Virus record (IMG/VR): IMGVR_UViG_3300016484_001084
Coordinates: 1 to 50,869 of that record
Origin: a virus
Strand: one strand, 5' to 3'
Length of the DNA: 50,869 nt
Positions 1-8,823 of this stretch are shown in pieces (the first letter of the stretch is position 1; every line of letters starts with the position of its first letter). The position numbers and the translations under genes were made by a program. The notes beneath the pieces are model-generated. The model worked only from the letters and a program-made list of their open reading frames with translations, made no database searches and had not been told where the DNA came from.

Positions 1-22
1 CTGGCCACAGACTGGGAAGTGG
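1..22. repeat. 22-nt terminal overlap, identical to 50848-50869 (circular closure or terminal redundancy)
   Basis: Exact string ctggccacagactgggaagtgg at both ends of the window. Confidence 0.95.
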
Positions 23-60
23 TCGAACCAGGGGAGGGCGATCATGCCGAACGTGAGTGA
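1..60 (+). CDS. 3' end of the DUF2829/Tad2-like gene that starts at 50605 (wraps the junction)
   Basis: Frame continues ...DLLATDWEVVEPGEGDHAERE, stop TGA 58-60. Positions 1-22 duplicate 50848-50869. Confidence 0.7.
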   Translation: MATDWEVVEPGEGDHAERE

Positions 61-457
61 TCGGTTAGTAGCGGGGTTTCGTCAGCGCGTCAAGCTGCGG
101 CTGGATGTGCTGGCGAACGAGTTGAAACAGGAGATGCTGGCGTCGTTGGCGCCGCACATCGATGAAGCGGTGAGTCGAGCGTTAGCGGATGAGCTAGAGA
201 CGTTGGTGGCCGTGCACGTGTCGGCAGCAGGGGATCAGCTGGTGATTCAGTTGGATCGCACGCCGCCGGCACCAGTACCGCCAGCACCGACACCGCCGGT
301 TGACACCCCTCCCGTCGAAGCCCCGCCGACAACGGTTGAGGAAGTGTTGATTGAAGTCCCGATTCCGGTGATTGAACCTGCGCCAACTCCGACACCGCCG
401 GTCGACTCAGACCGACCGACGCCGCCTGACCATCCCACACCAGGAGGTCGGCCATGA
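44..457 (+). CDS. hypothetical protein with Pro/Thr/Val-rich C-terminal half
   Basis: 137-aa ORF, ATG 44, ATGA overlap with the next gene. Low-complexity PPAPVPPAPTPP-type tract. Confidence 0.55.
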   Translation: MPNVSDRLVAGFRQRVKLRLDVLANELKQEMLASLAPHIDEAVSRALADELETLVAVHVSAAGDQLVIQLDRTPPAPVPPAPTPPVDTPPVEAPPTTVEEVLIEVPIPVIEPAPTPTPPVDSDRPTPPDHPTPGGRP

Positions 458-693
458 TGGTGGTGGATACACAACTGGACCTCAGTGAACTCGGGGTGAT
501 GGTCCGGCAGCGGCGAATCGAGGCGGGCTGGAATCAAGCGGAGATGGCGAAACGAACCGGGATCAGCCAAGGGGGCATCTCCACCTTTGAACGCTACGGA
601 GGCGGGCTGACAGTGGCGGCGTTGGCGAAACTGCTCAAAGCGTTAGGGCTTCATCTAGTGGTGTGTGACCAGTCAGAGGTGGCCAATGGCTAA
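454..693 (+). CDS. XRE-family helix-turn-helix transcriptional regulator
   Basis: VRQRRIEAGWNQAEMAKRTGISQGGISTFERYG matches the HTH_3 pattern (Q..lA...g.s...is..E.g). Confidence 0.75.
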   Translation: MMVVDTQLDLSELGVMVRQRRIEAGWNQAEMAKRTGISQGGISTFERYGGGLTVAALAKLLKALGLHLVVCDQSEVANG

Positions 694-1000
694 CCCCTCC
701 CTGCGCGAACAGGTGCTCCAAGATGAGATAGCCCGATTATCTGGCATGTTGCAAGCGACCCAACACGCCTATCTGATGCTGCTGACGGTGCTGGTACATT
801 ATATTGGGGGTGAGGTGACATTGAGTGCGGAGGATGCGAAAGCGGCGCAGGGGTTGTTGTTGACCGAGGAGTTTGATGTCTTGAGCAAGTCGCGCACGTT
901 CAGGACTCGACGAATTGGACGGGATGATGACGAGGTGGCGCGAGGGGGGTTGCTGCCGCCGACGGCTGGACAAGGAGGGGCTGATGGCGAACTCAACTGA
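686..1000 (+). CDS. hypothetical protein
   Basis: ORF 665-1000. First ATG at 686 overlaps the XRE stop by 8 nt. Confidence 0.5.
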   Translation: MANPSLREQVLQDEIARLSGMLQATQHAYLMLLTVLVHYIGGEVTLSAEDAKAAQGLLLTEEFDVLSKSRTFRTRRIGRDDDEVARGGLLPPTAGQGGADGELN

Positions 1001-1211
1001 CCCGCCGGTGCCTGGAACGATTCGTCGGCTCGGAGCGATCAGTACATTCGACAACGAAGCGGAGGCCACGGCGTTTGCGACAGCGGCGTTGCTGACGGTG
1101 AAGCAGAGTATCGATGTGCGAGTCATTCGAGATCCGGACACTGGGCAGTATGTCGTGACCCAATCCATTGCGTATCTGGAACGTCCAGGAGATCACACCT
1201 ATGCGTTGTGA
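984..1211 (+). CDS. hypothetical protein
   Basis: ATG 984 preceded by AAGGAGGGG. 75 aa. Confidence 0.5.
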   Translation: MANSTDPPVPGTIRRLGAISTFDNEAEATAFATAALLTVKQSIDVRVIRDPDTGQYVVTQSIAYLERPGDHTYAL

Positions 1212-1446
1212 TCAGTGTCAAGCCACACAGAATACAATTATCGACTCGACACCAGGCGCAGACGGCTCCATTGTGCGTCGTCGTGCTTGCGGTCAATGTG
1301 CGGCAACCTGGGAGACTGTTGAAGTCCATCGAGCCGTTTTTGATACAATGGTGACGATGCTGCGGACACAGAAACAGCACACCGAGGCGATGCTGGCCCT
1401 TTTCGGACGGCACAAACGGTTGGTGCGAAAGAAACGGTCGACCTGA
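1201..1446 (+). CDS. NrdR-like zinc-ribbon protein lacking an ATP-cone
   Basis: MRCDQCQATQNTIIDSTPGADGSIVRRRACGQCAATWETVE parallels the NrdR N-terminus (MxCPxC...IDS...G..VRRRR.C..C..RF.T.E). Confidence 0.6.
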   Translation: MRCDQCQATQNTIIDSTPGADGSIVRRRACGQCAATWETVEVHRAVFDTMVTMLRTQKQHTEAMLALFGRHKRLVRKKRST

Positions 1447-1949
1447 TGGCTCAACCGAGTACGATGGCCCAGCATCACGCCCAACCGTTGCGCTGGACCG
1501 CGCGCCATCATCGGATCGTCGAGTTGCTGGTGCTTGGCTGTACCAACAACGAGATTGCCGAAAAGCTGAAATACACACCCGGTCGTGTCTCGATCCTGGT
1601 CAACCATCCGGAGATTTTGGCGGCCGCAGCGGTGTTGCGCACTGAAATGCGGCAACGCTCGATCGGGCAGCTCCAAGACGATCTGGCGCAGGACGCTCGC
1701 AATACGTTTGACAAGCTCAAACTCCACCGTGACGATGCCGACCCTGATGTGTCGTTGAAAGCCTGCAACATGCTCTGGGATCGTCAGATCCCCAAACGCA
1801 CCGAGTCGAAGCAAGAAGCGACGATCAAGTTTGTGATCGAGTCGAAAGACCTGGCCCACCTGAAGCAGGTCGCTGCCGAAGACGACGCACCGATTGAAGC
1901 GCACTACCGCTACGACGACGAGGAGGAACCGACCGATGACGCTTCGTGA
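1446..1949 (+). CDS. HTH (LuxR/sigma-region-4-like) protein, candidate small terminase subunit
   Basis: RIVELLVLGCTNNEIAEKLKYTPGRVS HTH, acidic C-terminus, sits just upstream of the large terminase. Confidence 0.45.
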   Translation: MAQPSTMAQHHAQPLRWTARHHRIVELLVLGCTNNEIAEKLKYTPGRVSILVNHPEILAAAAVLRTEMRQRSIGQLQDDLAQDARNTFDKLKLHRDDADPDVSLKACNMLWDRQIPKRTESKQEATIKFVIESKDLAHLKQVAAEDDAPIEAHYRYDDEEEPTDDAS

Positions 1950-2100
1950 GCAGTGGTATCGATTGACGCATCCGCGCACGCTCGAGGATTACCAACGCTC
2001 GGTGGATCTCCGTGCACTGGCGCGGGAATGTCCGGATGTGTACGCCGCCGAAGTGGATCCCTACTTGGAGTCGCCTTATGGCCCTCTACCGTCGCACTGA
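1936..2100 (+). CDS. small hypothetical protein
   Basis: ATG 1936 with AGGAGGA 8 nt upstream. 54 aa. Confidence 0.4.
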   Translation: MTLREQWYRLTHPRTLEDYQRSVDLRALARECPDVYAAEVDPYLESPYGPLPSH

Positions 2101-3352
2101 CCGACCGGTACCGCCACAACCAGGTGCCGATCCGCCTGCGGAGGTGGTGTTGCCTGAGCCGGCGACATTGCCTCCCCCGGCTACCCCCGAGACGATCTCG
2201 CGCCACGAGCCCCCACCCTCCAACGAGATCGTCATCGAAACCAAAACCGGTCGAATCAGGCAAGCTGGAGCGGATAGTGAGGGGGCTTGGTTGAACGAAC
2301 AGCGTGTCCGATTTGAACGCTCCTTGTTTGCGTTTACGAAGGGGGTGCTGAAACGCAAACTGCTCTCCAACGGCTTGCACCGCTGGTTCTGTGACAGCCT
2401 GACCAAGCGCATTCCCCCTTATCGAAAAATGCGCCTCATCCCGCGCGGTCATTTGAAGTCCTCGATTGTCAGTGAAGCCATGCCGATCCACATGCACATC
2501 CAACCCACCGACGGCAACATCTACTGGCCCGGCGAACCCGGCAATGAGCTGAACATTATCCTCTGCGGCGAGAAAAAGGATCTGATGGGCTCCCACCTGC
2601 GCTGGATTGAGCAGCAATGGGAGAGTAACCCCCTGCTACGTCTGTGGCCGCATCGCTGCTGGGATAACCCCCGACGCCAATCTCGCAAGTGGAATGAGGA
2701 CGAAATGATCCTGCCTCGCAAGACCGACTACGCCGATCCCAGCTTGCGGGTCATCGGGGTCGACGGGGCTATCACCGGCGCTCACTGCAAGGTCTTGATC
2801 AAAGACGACCTGATCTCGCTGGCTGCCGCCAACAGCCAAACGGTGATGCAAGCGGCGATTGATTGGCATATTGCCAGCCGCGCCTTGCTCGCTCCCTACG
2901 AAGAAACCGGCCTGGAATACATCATCGGGACCAAATGGGCGGTCAGCGACTTGTACAGCTATATTCAAGAGCGAGATCCCAGTGTCGAATGCATCACCCG
3001 TTCGATTGTGGAAAACGGCACGGCGATCTGGCCCGAGCAGTTCACGCCCGATGTGATTGAGCAGCTGCGCCGCGATCACGGGACTCGCTTCTACCTGTTC
3101 TACATGAACAACGCCAACAACCCCGAGCTGGTCGATTTCTCCGTCGACGATCTGCGGTGGTTTGAACTGTCAGGCGGTACCGAGGTGGTGTTTGAGGAGG
3201 ATAGCCGTGATGTGTCGCTGGCCAAACGCATGCAGCGCCGGGTTCGCGACGACAGCACCAGTGAACGCTTTCGTGGCCAACCCTTCAACGCGAAGAACAT
3301 CCGCGAGATCTTCAGCGGTCGTGAGGAATACTTTCGACTCAAGGCGCGATGA
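2078..3352 (+). CDS. terminase large subunit, ATPase part (separate ORF)
   Basis: Pro-rich N-terminus, then Walker-A-like PRGHLKSS and a hydrophobic-DD stretch (CKVLIKDD). Immediately followed by the nuclease-domain ORF. Confidence 0.65.
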   Translation: MALYRRTDRPVPPQPGADPPAEVVLPEPATLPPPATPETISRHEPPPSNEIVIETKTGRIRQAGADSEGAWLNEQRVRFERSLFAFTKGVLKRKLLSNGLHRWFCDSLTKRIPPYRKMRLIPRGHLKSSIVSEAMPIHMHIQPTDGNIYWPGEPGNELNIILCGEKKDLMGSHLRWIEQQWESNPLLRLWPHRCWDNPRRQSRKWNEDEMILPRKTDYADPSLRVIGVDGAITGAHCKVLIKDDLISLAAANSQTVMQAAIDWHIASRALLAPYEETGLEYIIGTKWAVSDLYSYIQERDPSVECITRSIVENGTAIWPEQFTPDVIEQLRRDHGTRFYLFYMNNANNPELVDFSVDDLRWFELSGGTEVVFEEDSRDVSLAKRMQRRVRDDSTSERFRGQPFNAKNIREIFSGREEYFRLKAR

Positions 3353-4005
3353 AAACCTACCCCCTCCATCGTCTTCACCTCTACGCCTTTCTCGATCCTG
3401 CGGGCGGCAAGAAGATGGCGCTGAAAAAGGTCCGTGCGAACTCCGCCATCATCGTCATCGGCGTCGAACCGACCGCCCTCCAACGCATCTTTGTGCTTGA
3501 TGCTTGGCGTGGCCGTGACAGTGCCCCCCAGCTGATTCAGCGCGTCCTCGACACCAACGAACGGTGGCAACCCCGCCAGTTCGGCTGCGAAGCCAACGCG
3601 ATGCAGAGCCTCTTTACCGAGCTGGTGGAGCACGAAGCGATCAGACAAGAGAAGCACCTTCCGCTCGTCCCGGTCTACCAACCCACCAAAATCGACAAAG
3701 AATGGCGCGTGCGAGACGCGGTCCAGCCGGTCGTCGGCCACGGTCGACTCTTCATCCAGCAATCGCAGGTTGAGCTGATCAGCGAAATCACCAGTTTTCC
3801 GTTGGGCGAATATCGCGATATGATCGACGCGCTGGCGTCCGCGATCGCGATGGTGCCGCTACAAGCGCCGAGTGTACAACAGGACGCCGAACGCGAAGCC
3901 CTCGCCCGCTACTTGCGTCGGATTGGGTCAACCTCGACCGAGATTGAATCTCGCCTCGCCGCCTTCGATGCCGCTCGTGTAGAAACTGATTCGCTCCCCG
4001 CTTGA
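3349..4005 (+). CDS. terminase large subunit, RNase-H-fold nuclease part (separate ORF)
   Basis: LYAFLDPAGG...SAIIVIGVE...FVLDAW...FGCEANAMQ...FPLGEYRDMIDALASA are typical TerL C-terminal nuclease motifs. ATGA overlap with the previous ORF. Confidence 0.75.
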   Translation: MKTYPLHRLHLYAFLDPAGGKKMALKKVRANSAIIVIGVEPTALQRIFVLDAWRGRDSAPQLIQRVLDTNERWQPRQFGCEANAMQSLFTELVEHEAIRQEKHLPLVPVYQPTKIDKEWRVRDAVQPVVGHGRLFIQQSQVELISEITSFPLGEYRDMIDALASAIAMVPLQAPSVQQDAEREALARYLRRIGSTSTEIESRLAAFDAARVETDSLPA

Positions 4006-4072
4006 CCTTTTTTTCGTTTTTCCTCACAGTCATCCTAACTATGTCGTGCCCACACTTTCTCATGGAGGCGTT

Positions 4073-4246
4073 ATGGCTGACTGCGGCGAACATCAAGTTC
4101 CGTTGAAAGAGACCAACAACTTCAAGCAGGGTCGGTCTGACAGCAAGTGCAAAATCATGATGGGGCCGGCGGCTGGCCAGAAGCCCGGCAACCCGACTTC
4201 CGGCGGCGGCATCAACCGCGCGACGAAGGGCACATCCCAGCGTTAA
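4073..4246 (+). CDS. small basic Gly-rich hypothetical protein
   Basis: ATG 4073 with GGAGG upstream. 57 aa. Confidence 0.4.
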   Translation: MADCGEHQVPLKETNNFKQGRSDSKCKIMMGPAAGQKPGNPTSGGGINRATKGTSQR

Positions 4247-4261
4247 GAAAGGAGTGCCGCT

Positions 4262-4756
4262 ATGAGTGACACCCCGTATCGGGAAGCCTGGGCGTCCCTT
4301 GTCAACTTCACTCAGGGCTTCGCGGCCCCCATGCTGGCCTTGCTGCCGATCTTGGAGCAAGCCAAGGATGCCGAAGCGTTCATCGCGACGCTCCAGCCGC
4401 AAATCGACGAGAAGCAGGATGAATTGGCGAGCGCCGAAAAAGCTCTTGAGCAAGCCCGCGCAGATCGCCAATCGGTGCTGGACTCGATCGAGCATGATCG
4501 TGTGGTGAAACAAACCGACGCGAATCAGCAACTTGATGCGTATCGACTCAAGATTCAAGCCGCGATTGATCAGCTCACCGCTGATCGCGAGCAAGCCCAA
4601 GCACACACCAGCGCCGAGCTGCTGACACTAGCCCAACAAATCGAAGAACGCACGCAAATTCAGCGTGATCTTGATGCCGCGATTCAACAGAAACGGCTGG
4701 TCCTCGCTGATTTAACGGGTGCTATTCAACGAGCATCTAATGCGTTGGGTACCTAA
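4262..4756 (+). CDS. coiled-coil hypothetical protein
   Basis: 164 aa rich in Q/A/E/L with heptad-like character. AAAGGAG RBS. Confidence 0.6.
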   Translation: MSDTPYREAWASLVNFTQGFAAPMLALLPILEQAKDAEAFIATLQPQIDEKQDELASAEKALEQARADRQSVLDSIEHDRVVKQTDANQQLDAYRLKIQAAIDQLTADREQAQAHTSAELLTLAQQIEERTQIQRDLDAAIQQKRLVLADLTGAIQRASNALGT

Positions 4757-6071
4757 CTTTCATCTCTCGCTCAGGGTCTCGCTCCCCCTGACGATCGCAG
4801 TCTTGTTGGCCTTGCCTCTCGCAGGGTGGGGTCAACAAGAACTGAGATCGGGCAAAAAGGGGGTGACGGTTCCTGCGCCAGTCACCTCCACCTCGATTGA
4901 CGCCGACACACAAGCCCTCGACGTGGCGATTAAAGCCGGTTCGATCACGCTGTCCGGCGCCGACGGTGCGATTCTTGACGGGGTAACGCCGGCGGTCAAA
5001 GCCACGGTTTTTGATCGGACCAACTCAAACCCGATTGCGGTTCAAACAGTCGACAGCAACGGTGATCCGGTCTCAGCTGGTGGTGGTACACAATACACCG
5101 AAGACGCGGCTAGCGCCGCTGATCCGGTTGGCACCCAAACCATCTGCCGTCGTCGCGATACTCCAGCCACCGAAACTACCACCGACGGCGACAACACCGC
5201 CGCGAATTGTACCGGCAAAGGCGAGCTGTACGTTAAACACATCGATCCGATTGCCGTGACCCAATCCGGTGTTTGGACGGTTCAGCAAGGTACCCCGCCG
5301 TGGGCGATGAAACCAGACGGCACAGTTTGGACCCTCACCGGGACCTCCGCCAACGTCGCCGTGACCAACTCTGTTGCCGTCACCGGGACGTTTTGGCAAG
5401 CGACGCAACCGATTTCGGCGTTGAGTTTGCCCTTGCCAACGGGAGCCTCGACGCTGGCCGAACAACAAACACAAACTACGGCACTCCAGCTCATCGACAA
5501 CCTTCCGCTTGCGCAATCAGCAGCCACCGCAGGACAGAGCGGCGTGCTGGCAATGGGCGCGGTGACGACAGCCGCCCCCACCTACACAACCGGCAACACC
5601 AACCCGATCTCACTACAGACGGACGGCTCTCAGCGGGTAGCAATAACCAACACACCCACCGTGACGGCCAACGCAGGCAGCGGGACGTTCAACATTCAGG
5701 CAAATGCGTCCGTCAACGTATCGCAATATAACGGGTCTGCGGTTGGTGCAGCGAATGCGATCCATGTCCAACCCGGCACCGGGGCCAATTTTGCGACGAC
5801 GGAGCAGAGCGCAGCAGCTATCCTCGCAGGGCAGCAATCAGTGACGGCGTCTGCTGTGGCGCTCGCCACCAACACGACCAAGGAAGTGTGTGTCAAGGCG
5901 TTACTCGCGAACACCATCAATGTCTACGTCGGTCCATCAGGAGTCACCACATCAACCGGGCTTGAACTCGGTCCTGGGGACTCCTATTGCACAAGGGTCA
6001 CAAACACCAATGCGCTCTTTGTTATTGCCTCGACTACTGGTGCTGGCGTTAGCTGGGCTGCCAGGAATTAG
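4740..6071 (+). CDS. fibre-like structural protein with signal-peptide-like N-terminus
   Basis: MRWVPNFHLSLRVSLPLTIAVLLALPLAGWGQQ, then a T/S/G/A/N-rich beta-type sequence. Confidence 0.55.
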   Translation: MRWVPNFHLSLRVSLPLTIAVLLALPLAGWGQQELRSGKKGVTVPAPVTSTSIDADTQALDVAIKAGSITLSGADGAILDGVTPAVKATVFDRTNSNPIAVQTVDSNGDPVSAGGGTQYTEDAASAADPVGTQTICRRRDTPATETTTDGDNTAANCTGKGELYVKHIDPIAVTQSGVWTVQQGTPPWAMKPDGTVWTLTGTSANVAVTNSVAVTGTFWQATQPISALSLPLPTGASTLAEQQTQTTALQLIDNLPLAQSAATAGQSGVLAMGAVTTAAPTYTTGNTNPISLQTDGSQRVAITNTPTVTANAGSGTFNIQANASVNVSQYNGSAVGAANAIHVQPGTGANFATTEQSAAAILAGQQSVTASAVALATNTTKEVCVKALLANTINVYVGPSGVTTSTGLELGPGDSYCTRVTNTNALFVIASTTGAGVSWAARN

Positions 6072-6492
6072 CTGGGCGGATAGCCTCGACTCCTCGCCGG
6101 TCCTTGACCTACGCGATGAAGGGGTCAGTCAAGGCGGCGTCAAGAAGCTGGATTGCACCGGCGCAGGTGTGACCTGCTCCCGATCTGGCGTAACAGGGAC
6201 GATCAACATTGCGGGCGGTGGGGGTGCGCCGACCAATGCGACCTACCTGACCACGACGGCTGACGCAACCTTGAGCAACGAGGTGGTGATTGGGGTGGTG
6301 GATGATACGACCTTTGTGGCGAACGGTTCGACGGTGGAAGCGAAGGCGCTGCCGTCGTGCTCAAATGGGACGACCGACAAACTGCTCTACAACACCACCA
6401 CGAATAGCTTCTCATGTGGCACTGATCAGGGCGGGGCAGGAAGCGGCCTCGGTCATGCCGAAGTAATGATGCGGGTCAGCCTGGGATTTTAG
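6010..6492 (+). CDS. tail-fibre-like protein with signal-peptide-like N-terminus
   Basis: MRSLLLPRLLVLALAGLPGISWA. The APTNATYLTTTADATLSNEVVIG motif is common in phage fibre proteins. Confidence 0.5.
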   Translation: MRSLLLPRLLVLALAGLPGISWADSLDSSPVLDLRDEGVSQGGVKKLDCTGAGVTCSRSGVTGTINIAGGGGAPTNATYLTTTADATLSNEVVIGVVDDTTFVANGSTVEAKALPSCSNGTTDKLLYNTTTNSFSCGTDQGGAGSGLGHAEVMMRVSLGF

Positions 6493-6501
6493 GGAGTATC
6501 T

Positions 6502-7791
6502 ATGCCGAAACTACTGATCGGAGCCGTCTTGAGTGCAGGCGTGATTATCGGGGCCGTGTGGTACAGCACGCACCCGGCCGAAGCCACCACCATTTTGGAG
6601 TCCACAGACAGTCTCGAAGTCGTGACCTCTGGTACCTCCGCCCTGGATTATACCGCGAGTTGGGCCGATCTGACATCCAGCGGGATCACACCTGGGAAAT
6701 CCAGCGGACAAATCACGACGGCTACCACGACGACGGTAGTGGCGGCTCCGTCGGCATCTACCTATCGCCAGATCAAAGAACTGACCATCCGCAACGTGGG
6801 CGGGTCGGCGAATTTCATCACGATACAGCGCGACGTGTCCGCGACGAATCGAACCATCTACGGGCGAGTCCTCCAGCCGCTAGAGTCCATCGACATGGAC
6901 GCGAATGGGACGATTACACCGTTTGACAGTACCGGCGTCGCCATCACTACGTCCAATGTCAACAACGGGATCACCGGGACACCTTACTCCGTGAGCAAAG
7001 TCGGCACCGCCAAAGACGGCGCTGGGTTTTGGATGGGCTTGCTGAAAGACGGTGGGGTGCCTGGCGCATACGTCCTACAAGCACCCGGCCTAAACGGGTT
7101 TGCCACGGATTGTTCGATCGCGTCACAAACCACGGACCCCAACGGGGCATCCCAAATGGGGTCGCATCCGTTACCAGACCCAACGACCGGCTCGCTGTAC
7201 CTCAAACAAGCCACGCTCTACAACAGCCAAGCGGAGTTGGTCCAGCTCATCGATGTGCTGTGGTACAACACCGGCATTGTCACCACGACAACGACCGCGC
7301 AAACAATCACGATGGGCACGCTGCCGAGTCGTGATAGAGACGGGACCGCGAACGGGGCTGGCTGGCAAGCAGCACTGTATGCCACAGCGGCATTAGGTAA
7401 CGCGGCGGCTGTCGCGAACACCACACTCAGCTACACCGACCAAGACGGGAATGCTGGGAACACCGCGACATTCCAGGCCATCACAGGCTACCAAGCACCG
7501 GCGACCCCAGTCATCGGTACATGGATGCCCTTTACATTGGCAGCAGGAGACAGCGGGATCCGGTCGATCCAATCGATCACACTGGGCACCTCCTATGTGA
7601 GTGGGAGCATGTCGTTGATCCTCTATCGCGTGCTCGGATCGATCCCTGTCAGCGTGGCGACGTTCCCGCAGGTCGTCGATTTCGGCAACCCTGGCGTCAA
7701 AATTTGGCCGAACACCTGTATCAATTTTTTGCAGGTGGGGAACGCCGGAGCAGCAAACCTCATCGGCAGCTATACCATCATCGAACGATAG
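6502..7791 (+). CDS. structural (fibre/receptor-binding-like) protein with N-terminal hydrophobic segment
   Basis: MPKLLIGAVLSAGVIIGAVWYSTHPAEA. 429 aa, AGGGAG RBS. Confidence 0.55.
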   Translation: MPKLLIGAVLSAGVIIGAVWYSTHPAEATTILESTDSLEVVTSGTSALDYTASWADLTSSGITPGKSSGQITTATTTTVVAAPSASTYRQIKELTIRNVGGSANFITIQRDVSATNRTIYGRVLQPLESIDMDANGTITPFDSTGVAITTSNVNNGITGTPYSVSKVGTAKDGAGFWMGLLKDGGVPGAYVLQAPGLNGFATDCSIASQTTDPNGASQMGSHPLPDPTTGSLYLKQATLYNSQAELVQLIDVLWYNTGIVTTTTTAQTITMGTLPSRDRDGTANGAGWQAALYATAALGNAAAVANTTLSYTDQDGNAGNTATFQAITGYQAPATPVIGTWMPFTLAAGDSGIRSIQSITLGTSYVSGSMSLILYRVLGSIPVSVATFPQVVDFGNPGVKIWPNTCINFLQVGNAGAANLIGSYTIIER

Positions 7792-7800
7792 AAAGGTTCT

Positions 7801-8814
7801 ATGGATCGCATCGTTCGGGCCGTCAAACAAGTCACGTCACGTCGGCTCTACAATCGTCCAGTCAGCCGACCCACCAATCCAGCCACGCGCTCGATCTTTG
7901 CGCGGTTGTCGAGCTGGACACGTCAACCACCCAGTCCATTATTCGGTGGCACCGCCGGCAACTTCGCGGCTGACCCACACGTCTGGTCTACCGGCCCCAA
8001 CAGCTATTTCATGCTCTACACCACCGACTATCTCGGGACCCAAGCAATTGCGATGGCGCAGTCATCGAACTTGATCAACTGGACCCCCATTGTGAGTCCG
8101 CAGTATGGCAGCGAATACATCATTCGCGGCAATGGGCCGACTGCCGGCCAAAACAACCAAGAAACAGCCTGCTACTATCGCACCAACGCGGGCCTCCACC
8201 ACATCTACTACATCGGCTACGATAGTTTGGCCACCTATCAATCACAGATCTACCGTGCCACAGCCAGCTCAATTACCGGCCCGTACGTGCGTGAAGCGAC
8301 CCCCGTGGTGCCGTTCGGGACCTCTGGTGCCTACGACGATGCCGCCTTCACATCACCCTCCATCGAAGCCTACAACGGTGTGCTCTACATGAACTACACC
8401 GCGTGGGCTGATTCACCGGTTGGGGCCTCGCCTGGTGTGATCAACGCGGCCTCTTTTTCAGGCAACGACGGGACTACCTGGACTAAATTCGGTTCCATCG
8501 ATTGGACGGATACGTTTGGTGTGGAAGCCTCGGTGCACCGCGGCTTGGACGGCAACTACTATCGCGTCGGTACCGAAACCTTCAATTCACAGGATATCCT
8601 CTCCTTGGGGATAGCCTCACATCCACTTGGCCCCTACACCACTCGACAATCCGGTGTCCTGACAATCGGCGGGGCTGGGGTTGGTGAAGTTGATTCCATC
8701 ACCGGAGCCTCGTTGTTCTTTCACCCCACTCAACCGCGTGTCTACATGTTCTACAGCGCCGTCGCGGCTGGCGGCTTTCCGTGGATGACTTCAGTGGCGG
8801 TTGCGACTTATTAG
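7801..8814 (+). CDS. five-bladed beta-propeller glycoside-hydrolase-like protein (GH43-like)
   Basis: AADPHVW...SYFMLYTT and SPSIEAYNGVLYMNYTA resemble the GH43-clan DP...YYL and E.p....G.YY..Y motifs. Two GPY motifs. Confidence 0.5.
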   Translation: MDRIVRAVKQVTSRRLYNRPVSRPTNPATRSIFARLSSWTRQPPSPLFGGTAGNFAADPHVWSTGPNSYFMLYTTDYLGTQAIAMAQSSNLINWTPIVSPQYGSEYIIRGNGPTAGQNNQETACYYRTNAGLHHIYYIGYDSLATYQSQIYRATASSITGPYVREATPVVPFGTSGAYDDAAFTSPSIEAYNGVLYMNYTAWADSPVGASPGVINAASFSGNDGTTWTKFGSIDWTDTFGVEASVHRGLDGNYYRVGTETFNSQDILSLGIASHPLGPYTTRQSGVLTIGGAGVGEVDSITGASLFFHPTQPRVYMFYSAVAAGGFPWMTSVAVATY

Positions 8815-8823
8815 GAGGCTGTT

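Noticed and set aside
454-693. XRE regulator as evidence for lysogeny (CI-like repressor)
   Set aside because: Without an integrase, a partition system or a divergent cro-like arrangement, a single HTH protein is not evidence of a temperate lifestyle. It may simply regulate early promoters.
3330-3360. Programmed -1 ribosomal frameshift fusing the two TerL ORFs
   Set aside because: No slippery heptamer or obvious downstream structure is visible at the junction. ATGA re-initiation or a sequencing indel are simpler explanations.
1293-4606. Long minus-strand ORFs 1293-1979, 1910-2617, 3100-3762 and 3788-4606
   Set aside because: All are antisense to motif-supported plus-strand genes (HTH/TerS candidate, TerL ATPase, TerL nuclease, coiled-coil protein). 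Their products are Arg/Gly/Pro-rich shadow translations.
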